A stretch of 64,000 nucleotides of DNA from an uncultured Ignavibacteriaceae bacterium. GTDB taxonomy: Bacteria; Zixibacteria; MSB-5A5; GN15; PGXB01. The stretch's first letter is position 1. Each line of letters opens with the position of its first letter. Of the stretch, positions 57,508 through 64,000 are shown piece after piece. The stretch is from assembly GCA_964498015.1 (NCBI GenBank), contig CAZCFT010000001.1, positions 490 through 64,489 on the forward strand, read 5' to 3'. The translations under genes and the position numbers were made by a program. A model generated the notes under the pieces. It was not told where the DNA came from, made no database searches, and worked only from the letters and a program-made list of their open reading frames with translations.

Positions 57508-59976
57508 ATGAAAGGCGTTAAAAGAATTATATTATGGACCATAGGAGCTATCTTTGCCCTGATCATAATCGTCATCGCGGGAGCGGCAATATTTTTCCCC
57601 AAAGAAAAAGCCAAAGAGATGGCAATCGAAAAAATCTCTTCGGCGCTTGAACGGAAGGTGACCGTTGAAAGTGTCTCCATTTCTTTCTGGGGCGGGTTGG
57701 GAATATACCTTAAGGGAATAAAGATCGCCAACCCCCAGGGATTCGAAGGACCTGATTTTCTCACCGCAACGGCGCTGGATGTCAAGCTCCGGTTGTTTCC
57801 CTTGCTCAGGAAGGAAGTTCAAATTGACCGCCTGATTTTGGTGAAACCGCAGATTGCGTTGCATAAACTTGCGGACGGGAGACATAATTATAAATTCGGA
57901 ACGACCCAGACTCCGGTCGCAAGCGCAATTCCATCATCGGCAAGAGACACTTCTCAAGAAGAAATGTCGGATGAGACCAAAGTCGCCGCGCTGGCTATTT
58001 CGTTTGATAATCTCTCCATTGAAAAGGGAACTTTAAGGTATCTGGACGATTCCGCCGGCATGCAGATATTTGCGCGAGGGTTCACCCTGAACTCAAAAGT
58101 AAGCTCTCCCGCGGAGATGGTTTTTCATACTATAGGGACGGTGGATATCGATTCGCTGAAGATTACATCCACCAAATCAAAGATTCCGCCATTAGTAGTC
58201 TCCGCCAGATATGACGCAACTATTGACCTCAAGGGAAACAACATTGTCCTCGCCAATTCCAAATTAAGAGTGAATGAACTCGAATTTGATGTTAAAGCGG
58301 GAATCCCAAACCTGACGACGATGGCTTTTATTAATCTGGAGATGGCGACCGAGAGGACGGATATTGCCGATATTGTTTCCATTCTGCCGGATACAGCCAA
58401 ATCAATGATAGAGCCTTATTCTATAGAAGGAAAAGTCGGGTTTGATGTTAGTATTAAGTATAACAAGGCTTCAAAATCGGCATTGAATTATTCGGGAAAG
58501 GCAAGCTTCTCCAATCTGAAACTATCAAAGAAGGATGTCGCAGGGGAACTTATCATTAATTCAGCCGGCGCAGATTTTAAGAACGATTATGTTAGGATCG
58601 CTGTCGAGAAAGGTTCATTCGATAATAATCCTCTTGAGGGAATTATTGCGGTCAGTAATTTCAAGAGGCCGGAAATAAACGGAAAATTTAAAGGCAAAAT
58701 AAATCTGGCCTTGTTGAATCCATTCCTGCCAAAAAAAGGAAATCCCAAAATTTCCGGGCTGATGCAATTTGATATCGGGGCGTCCGGCTCGATAAAAGAG
58801 CTTCCTACTATGCAGATTTCAGGGTCGCTGGCGATTAAGGATGGGACATATTCCGCCTCCACGCTTCCCGAGCCGATAGAGAAATTTGATTTTGAGATGA
58901 AAATGACACCCCAAAATATGGAAATCAGCAATCTATTTGTCAAATTGCCGTCATCTGATTTTGCCCTAAGTGGCAGGATGACCGATCCACTCCCCGGCTT
59001 GATACCGGGTTATAAAGGGGACGCTCCCCGCCCCAATCTCACTTTCAAAATGAGTTCCCATCGCTTTGACACCGATAAGCTTTTCCCCGAGGCGGTTCCC
59101 GGGTCGGGTGTAAACAGGTCGAAAATGGCTCAGGATTCTTTGCCACTGCTGATTATTCCCGATATTGATGGTTCCGGTTCCGGCACACTCGACACTCTCA
59201 TTTACTCCAAAGTTGAATTCACACAAATAACTGCAAATATAGCCATAAAAGACCGAAAGGTCTTTATTACTCAGGCTAATGGGAATGTATATACCGGCAA
59301 GGTCAAAGGCGAGACAGAGATAGACTTGAACGATTTCAATAATCCCAAATATACAGGTAAATATGAGGCGACTCAGGTGCAGGCCGATGATTTCCTGACC
59401 CGTTTCACCGGTTTCGGCGGGCATATATTCGGGAAACTGAATATGAATGGTTCATTTTCGGCCTCAGGCTGGGAACCGGAACCATTTGTGCGCTCGTTAA
59501 GCATGGATGGTCTGGCGGTTATAAACGAAGCAAAGCTGGTTAATTTTGAACCGCTCAAACAATTGGCGCAGAATCTTAATTTCAAAACATTCGATGAAGA
59601 AACTCTTAAAGATGCCGCAAGCGCTTTCCGAGTAGTCAATGGGCGGGTGGCCTTTGACGGGTTAAAATTTATTTCGAGTATTGGAAATTGGAATGTCACC
59701 GGTTCGATCGGATTCGATGGAACTCTCGACTATTTAGGCGAGGTACTTCTTTCCGACGATGTCACCGGACAACTCATGTCTCAATCAGGATTAGTTTCCA
59801 GTCTGGCCGGGCTGTTCAAGGAAAGCTCTTCGGGGCGCGTCAGGGTGCCATTCAGGCTTGCCGGGAGTTATGCCAGCCCGAAAATAAGTGTCGATATGAG
59901 CGCCAAAAATCAGCTTAAGGATAATCTTAAGGGACAATTCGATTCTGCGCTTCAGAATCTTCTGAAGAAACAATGA
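57508..59976 (+). CDS. AsmA-family outer-membrane biogenesis / lipid-transport protein
   Basis: 822 aa with an N-terminal TM anchor (ILWTIGAIFALIIIVIAGAAIFF), an AsmA-like N-region, a long beta-rich body and an AsmA_2-like C-terminus. Confidence 0.72.
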   Translation: MKGVKRIILWTIGAIFALIIIVIAGAAIFFPKEKAKEMAIEKISSALERKVTVESVSISFWGGLGIYLKGIKIANPQGFEGPDFLTATALDVKLRLFPLLRKEVQIDRLILVKPQIALHKLADGRHNYKFGTTQTPVASAIPSSARDTSQEEMSDETKVAALAISFDNLSIEKGTLRYLDDSAGMQIFARGFTLNSKVSSPAEMVFHTIGTVDIDSLKITSTKSKIPPLVVSARYDATIDLKGNNIVLANSKLRVNELEFDVKAGIPNLTTMAFINLEMATERTDIADIVSILPDTAKSMIEPYSIEGKVGFDVSIKYNKASKSALNYSGKASFSNLKLSKKDVAGELIINSAGADFKNDYVRIAVEKGSFDNNPLEGIIAVSNFKRPEINGKFKGKINLALLNPFLPKKGNPKISGLMQFDIGASGSIKELPTMQISGSLAIKDGTYSASTLPEPIEKFDFEMKMTPQNMEISNLFVKLPSSDFALSGRMTDPLPGLIPGYKGDAPRPNLTFKMSSHRFDTDKLFPEAVPGSGVNRSKMAQDSLPLLIIPDIDGSGSGTLDTLIYSKVEFTQITANIAIKDRKVFITQANGNVYTGKVKGETEIDLNDFNNPKYTGKYEATQVQADDFLTRFTGFGGHIFGKLNMNGSFSASGWEPEPFVRSLSMDGLAVINEAKLVNFEPLKQLAQNLNFKTFDEETLKDAASAFRVVNGRVAFDGLKFISSIGNWNVTGSIGFDGTLDYLGEVLLSDDVTGQLMSQSGLVSSLAGLFKESSSGRVRVPFRLAGSYASPKISVDMSAKNQLKDNLKGQFDSALQNLLKKQ

Positions 59977-60067
59977 GGCGGAGGTTGGTTTTGTAAATAA
60001 CAGATTCAGCGTGTCGGAGTTCCGGGCGACCGCGCGGGATTACCTTATATTTTGGCAGAAATTTTTC

Positions 60068-60095
60068 TTTACAACTTCAAAAAAAACTCTATATT
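60068..60095 (+). promoter_or_regulatory. Sigma70-type promoter for the ferredoxin gene
   Basis: TTTACA-N16-TATATT. GGAGG lies 9 nt upstream of ATG 60145. Confidence 0.45.
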
Positions 60096-60144
60096 CCCTT
60101 CTGATTGAGAATTAAGAGCGTATTTATTCTGGAGGTTTTTAGAT

Positions 60145-60333
60145 ATGGCAATGTTTATTACAGATGAATGCACCGCCTGTGGACTCTGTCTTCCCGAGTG
60201 TCCGACATCATCCATAACCGAAGGGGATATCTATGTTATCAATCCGGATACTTGCAATGAATGCGAGGATCAGGAAGGCGGCAGTCATTGTGTGGCGGTC
60301 TGCCCGGTCGAGTGCATCATTAAAGCTGAATAA
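60145..60333 (+). CDS. Small 2x[4Fe-4S]-type ferredoxin (YfhL-like)
   Basis: 62 aa with CTACGLCLPECP and CNEC....CVAVCP cluster motifs. Confidence 0.85.
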   Translation: MAMFITDECTACGLCLPECPTSSITEGDIYVINPDTCNECEDQEGGSHCVAVCPVECIIKAE

Positions 60334-60350
60334 ACTGTTCATCTTAATAG

Positions 60351-60381
60351 AACGCCGCTTATTTATGGGCGGCGTTTTTTT
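60351..60381 (+). terminator. Rho-independent terminator after the ferredoxin gene
   Basis: AACGCCGC-(10-nt loop)-GCGGCGTT followed by a T-run. It ends 10 nt before the archease ATG 60391. Confidence 0.7.
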
Positions 60382-60390
60382 ATTTTTGCT

Positions 60391-60813
60391 ATGCCATTTG
60401 AATTAACCGATGCTCATACTTCCGCCGATATCGGCATGATAGCTACCGGCAGAGATTTAATCGAGCTTTTTGCCGATGGCGCTTTGGGATTAACCTCGAT
60501 AATGGCGGAGAGAGAAGGGCTGGAAGAGGCAAAAATTCTCCCTATTGAAATTCAAGGGGATGACCTTGAAAGTCTATTTTATCGATGGCTTTCGGAAATT
60601 ATCTATGTCAAGGACGCCGAGAGATTTCTTCTCAAGCGATGTGAAATCAAATTGGACGACAAAGCATTCAGCATAAAAGGCAGACTCTTTGGGGATAATA
60701 TTGACCCTTCGCGCCATATTCTCAAAATTGATGTGAAAGCGATTACTTATTATAAATTTCAGGTTGAGAAAATCGGCGATGTATGGAGAGGAGAGGTGGT
60801 TTTTGATTTATGA
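60391..60813 (+). CDS. Archease (RtcB activator/chaperone)
   Basis: 140 aa with N-terminal FEL.DAHTSADIGM and the LFADGALGL pattern typical of archease. Overlaps the rtcB start by 4 nt. Confidence 0.8.
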   Translation: MPFELTDAHTSADIGMIATGRDLIELFADGALGLTSIMAEREGLEEAKILPIEIQGDDLESLFYRWLSEIIYVKDAERFLLKRCEIKLDDKAFSIKGRLFGDNIDPSRHILKIDVKAITYYKFQVEKIGDVWRGEVVFDL

Positions 60814-62264
60814 AAATGGAACAATTTAGACAGATAAATCCCAATATTTGGGAAATTCCGACCGGCTATAAACAGGGGATGCTTGTTCCGGCAAGAATAC
60901 TATCATCAAGAGAATTGATAGATGGAATCGATGAGAGAGTTATCGACCAGATTACTAATGTCGCCTGTCTGCCGGGGATCCGGAAATATGCTTTTTGCAT
61001 GCCCGACGGCCATTCCGGATATGGATTTCCAATTGGGGGAGTAGCCGGATTTTCAATGAGCGATGGAATTATCTCGCCTGGCGGGATAGGTTTTGATATC
61101 AACTGCGGGATGAGGCTTCTGAGCGCTAATCTGACCTACGATGAAATAAAACCGAAGATGGAGCTGTTGCTCAACAAGCTCTTTTCGACTATTCCCTCCG
61201 GAGTGGGGTCGAGCGGATTCTTGAAATTGACCCGTCAGCAATTTAACGACATTATGGAAAAGGGGGTTGAATGGTGCTTCGAAAATGGATATGCCACTTC
61301 TGCCGACGCGGAACATATTGAAGACCATGGCCATATTAGGCATGCCGACCATACAACGGTTTCGGACAAGGCAATCTCACGGGGTATTAATCAGATGGGA
61401 ACGCTCGGCTCGGGAAATCATTATATTGAGGTTGAAATTGCCTATCCGGAAGGAATTTACGATAGGGAAATCGCAAAAGTATATGGAGTTGATCGCGACT
61501 ATCAGGTCATAGTAGCGATTCATTGCGGGTCGCGTGGGTTCGGGCATCAGATTGCCACCGATTATCTGGAGGTATTTGACAAATGCTCCAAGAAATATGG
61601 CCTAACTGTCAGAGATAGGGAATTGATGTCGGCTCCCATAAAATCGGACGAAGGGCAGAAATATTTCAAGGCGATGGCCTGTGCGGCTAATGCCGCTTTT
61701 GTCAACAGACAGTTGATTACTTTCGGAATCAGGAAAGTATTCCGCGAAGTCTTTGGCAAAAATGATTCTGAGCTTGGTATCGAGACAATATACGATGTGG
61801 CACACAATATTGCCAAGATTGAAAAGTACGAAGTTGACGGCAAGACACAAGAGCTTCTCATTCATAGAAAAGGGGCGACACGATCATTTGGTCCCGGGCG
61901 GCAGGAAATTCCACTTAAATATAGAGCCGTAGGTCAACCCGTAATTGTCGGAGGGTCAATGGAAACAGGCTCGGCCCTCCTCTGCGGTACAAAGCAGGCC
62001 GATGATGAGACATTCGGTTCGACTTTGCATGGCGCGGGACGAACTATGTCGCGGATGCAGGCCAAAAGAACAGTGCGGGGCGATGCGGTTAAGCAGAAAA
62101 TGAAGGAGAGCGGGATTCTGGTCAAAACAGGATATCTTCCCGGGCTGGCGGAAGAAGCGGCCTTTGCCTATAAGGACATCGATGGCGTAGTGGAGGCAGT
62201 GCACGCGGTTGGCATATCAAAGAAAGTGGCGCGCTTTAAACCGGTGCTGAATATTAAAGGCTAA
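60810..62264 (+). CDS. rtcB: RNA 3'-phosphate ligase RtcB
   Basis: 484 aa with MPDGHSGYGFPIGGV, GFDINCGMR, GSGNHYIEV, HCGSRGFGHQ and HGAGR. Confidence 0.95.
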   Translation: MKMEQFRQINPNIWEIPTGYKQGMLVPARILSSRELIDGIDERVIDQITNVACLPGIRKYAFCMPDGHSGYGFPIGGVAGFSMSDGIISPGGIGFDINCGMRLLSANLTYDEIKPKMELLLNKLFSTIPSGVGSSGFLKLTRQQFNDIMEKGVEWCFENGYATSADAEHIEDHGHIRHADHTTVSDKAISRGINQMGTLGSGNHYIEVEIAYPEGIYDREIAKVYGVDRDYQVIVAIHCGSRGFGHQIATDYLEVFDKCSKKYGLTVRDRELMSAPIKSDEGQKYFKAMACAANAAFVNRQLITFGIRKVFREVFGKNDSELGIETIYDVAHNIAKIEKYEVDGKTQELLIHRKGATRSFGPGRQEIPLKYRAVGQPVIVGGSMETGSALLCGTKQADDETFGSTLHGAGRTMSRMQAKRTVRGDAVKQKMKESGILVKTGYLPGLAEEAAFAYKDIDGVVEAVHAVGISKKVARFKPVLNIKG

Positions 62265-62730
62265 CGGTAGGCAGAGGCGATAATTGGCGAAATAGCAGGA
62301 ACGATAAATATACTAATACTACCTTTATTATGGCAGATGCTGTATCCATTAGGCGCCCATCGGAGACAAACACTCTTATGCTATAATATTTTGTCTGAGT
62401 TCCTGTTAAATGATCAGGTGGCTCCCATAAGACCGTCCTGCCGACATTTGCATTTCTAAAATGGCCCTCAGAGCAATCCCAAGTGTATTGCAGACTATCT
62501 CCATCTTCATCTGAAGCCATGCAACTGAGCTGGGTAGTGTCGCTGTAGTAATAGCCATAGCGTACGCCGCATTGAAGCTCGTCGGGACTTGCCAAAATAT
62601 CAATAATGATAGGTGCGTGATTCAGTTGCGTTGAATTAGGCTTGTCGTCCCCGCATGAAGAAATGAATATTAGAACAAAAAATAATGCCTGAGATAATGA
62701 ATAAGTTCGCTTCATATTAGGTACGCCCAA
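62254..62730 (-). CDS. Hypothetical lipoprotein with a PKD/Ig-like domain
   Basis: Lipobox LIFISSCG (likely start MKRTYS at 62715). Ig-like repeat signature NHAPII...ASDEDGDSLQYTWDCSEGHF...YSIRVFVSDG. Its 3' end overlaps rtcB by 11 nt, convergent. Confidence 0.5.
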   Translation of the reverse strand: MGVPNMKRTYSLSQALFFVLIFISSCGDDKPNSTQLNHAPIIIDILASPDELQCGVRYGYYYSDTTQLSCMASDEDGDSLQYTWDCSEGHFRNANVGRTVLWEPPDHLTGTQTKYYSIRVFVSDGRLMDTASAIIKVVLVYLSFLLFRQLSPLPTVSL

Positions 62731-62778
62731 TAATAGAATTGTTTACATTCCGGCGTTTTGCCCAATCCATGATGCGGC

Positions 62779-63141
62779 CTATTCCATCGACAGGCACTTA
62801 AATACCTGCGCTCGGGTGCCATCATCAAATAGAATCTCCTGTTCCATGATCGTCCGGATCGAATCACGGGTGATTATATCAGGATTATATCCGATTACTG
62901 CTTTGTGCTCGGTGGCGAAGGTTTCAATTCCGTTGATTCCAGGAATACTGTCATATAAAGACGAGAAAAACGCCGCTGTCCCCTTGCATTTGAGACCATC
63001 CACAATGAAAGTTGAGGTCGTGCCGGACAGATTATCAAATGCCACCGTTGTAGTCGGTTGGGTGAAGGCAGTTCGTAGCGAATAACCGCCCAAAAGCGAT
63101 ATGATAACCAAAATCGGGATGACAAGTTTGGGAATTCGCAT
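62779..63141 (-). CDS. Hypothetical membrane-anchored protein with a degenerate HMA-like (ferredoxin-fold) domain
   Basis: 120 aa with an N-terminal TM helix, then FIVDGLKCKGTAAFFSSLYDSIPGINGIETFATEHKAVIGYNP, which resembles a heavy-metal-associated fold but has a single Cys. Confidence 0.4.
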   Translation of the reverse strand: MRIPKLVIPILVIISLLGGYSLRTAFTQPTTTVAFDNLSGTTSTFIVDGLKCKGTAAFFSSLYDSIPGINGIETFATEHKAVIGYNPDIITRDSIRTIMEQEILFDDGTRAQVFKCLSME

Positions 63142-63149
63142 TGCTCCTC

Positions 63150-63923
63150 CTATAATCCGGCTCTAATTTGAAGGGTGTCTCTTTCCGGGCAGGCATCCAC
63201 GCATTCAAGGCAATTGGTGCAATCACGATGGCGCACTGCCTTATATGTATGAACCGGTATATCGTGCATACAGGCTTCGGCGCAAAGGCCGCAGGATGTG
63301 CACTTGGATTCATCGCGAACAATCTTAATAAGGCCTAAGCGGCTGAATGGGTCAAAGACCGCCCCCATCGGGCATAAATAGCGGCAGAACAACATCGGGA
63401 TCACAAATGCTCCAAGCGCAATCATCGCCAGGATAACAATCGAAATCATTCCGGCGCTACCATGTCCGAAACCGGAAAAAATCAAATAGAATGGATCGTA
63501 TCCTCGAAGAATTAATTCTCCTGTTCGATAAGTAAAATATAGCGCCACAATTAAGACCAAATAGCGCAATAATTTGAGAGTTCCATTGGCAAAAGGGGAA
63601 ATTTGAGGACGTTTCTTCCATACAAATCTGCCGCCTCGTCCGGCCAGCTCGCTTAAGAATCCAATCGGGCACGCCCATCCACAAAATGATTTTTTGGATA
63701 GAATTACAAGGGCAATCAATCCTATCATGAGTGACAGGTTTAGTGGACCCAATGCGCAAGAAAACTCTCCGGCTGTGAAAAGCCCCCAGAGGCTTTCAGC
63801 GCCGCCAAAAGGACAATAGGCTTCAAATGATCGCGTGCCATATCCCAGCGCCAGATAAACAACCAGCCCCAGCATAAATAAATAAGTTGTATATCGAATA
63901 TATCTGCTTTTCAAAGATGCCAT
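63150..63923 (-). CDS. NapH/MauN-like membrane-bound polyferredoxin (4Fe-4S binding protein)
   Basis: 257 aa with about 4 TM helices and CPFG / CGWACPIG / CRYLCPMG motifs, plus two C-terminal ferredoxin motifs (CTSCGLCAEAC; CTNCLECVDACP). Confidence 0.8.
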   Translation of the reverse strand: MASLKSRYIRYTTYLFMLGLVVYLALGYGTRSFEAYCPFGGAESLWGLFTAGEFSCALGPLNLSLMIGLIALVILSKKSFCGWACPIGFLSELAGRGGRFVWKKRPQISPFANGTLKLLRYLVLIVALYFTYRTGELILRGYDPFYLIFSGFGHGSAGMISIVILAMIALGAFVIPMLFCRYLCPMGAVFDPFSRLGLIKIVRDESKCTSCGLCAEACMHDIPVHTYKAVRHRDCTNCLECVDACPERDTLQIRAGL

Positions 63924-63960
63924 CCGCCCTGTTCCTCCATTTCATCCAATTACGTTGAAC

Positions 63961-63997
63961 TGTCATTCCCGCGAATGCGGGAACCCAGAAGATGACA
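63961..63997 (+). repeat. Compound hairpin of a dispersed intergenic repeat family (GTCATTCCCGCGAATGCGGGAAC type)
   Basis: Outer stem TGTCAT/ATGACA encloses TTCCCGC-GAAT-GCGGGAA. The 12-mer CTGTCATTCCCG also occurs at 8965..8976. Confidence 0.5.
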
Positions 63998-64000
63998 ACT

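Noticed and set aside
1-64000. A scan for CRISPR arrays, transposases, integrases, phage genes, toxin-antitoxin pairs, restriction-modification or other defence islands, and rRNA or tRNA genes.
   Set aside because: None found. There are no regularly spaced direct repeats, no recombinase or nuclease-type ORFs outside the DNA-repair genes, and no compositional break. The window reads as a core-genome region.

Overview
This 64-kb window is a densely packed chromosomal segment from a diderm (Gram-negative-type) bacterium. It holds about 60 CDS, many overlapping by 1-30 nt, and GC is about 45% by eye. The standard code applies: TGA is a normal stop at 1196, 7120, 10503 and 52273. Almost everything is conserved housekeeping. 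Translation genes: aspS, gltX, gatA, gatB, tgt, mnmA, rsmI, ybeY, and archease with rtcB. Replication and repair genes: dnaB, ssb, radA, uvrC, xseAB and a family-4 UDG. Nitrogen and purine genes form one block, glnA-gatAB-purN-purC-purH. Cofactor genes: coaBC, nadA, nadE, nadK and nifS/iscS. Isoprenoid and lipid genes: ispA, dxs, uppS, cdsA, a UbiA-family prenyltransferase, lgt and a PAP2 phosphatase. Envelope genes: mlaEF, a TamB-like protein plus an Omp85 protein, an AsmA-like protein, and NlpC/P60. The conserved phoH-pgpH-ybeY-corC cluster is also present. I saw no rRNA, tRNA, CRISPR array, transposase, integrase, phage gene or recognisable defence system, so I do not think the window hides a large novel system. 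The most noteworthy item is a peroxiredoxin gene that the ORF track splits. It has a single in-frame TGA exactly at the peroxidatic-Cys position, followed by a SECIS-like hairpin, so it is a probable selenocysteine peroxiredoxin. It sits in a small peroxide-stress operon with a rubrerythrin that appears split into a ferritin-like protein and an unlisted 36-aa rubredoxin-like ORF. Lesser observations are: glnA translationally coupled to gatA; direct repeats in the glnA leader; a UbiA prenyltransferase fused into the uppS-cdsA operon; intrinsic terminators ending directly against the next start codon at nifS|mnmA and fdx|archease-rtcB; dispersed hairpin and G-tract repeat elements at both window edges; and a NapH-like polyferredoxin cluster at the 3' edge. 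All functional calls come from motif and family recognition by eye. No database search was run.
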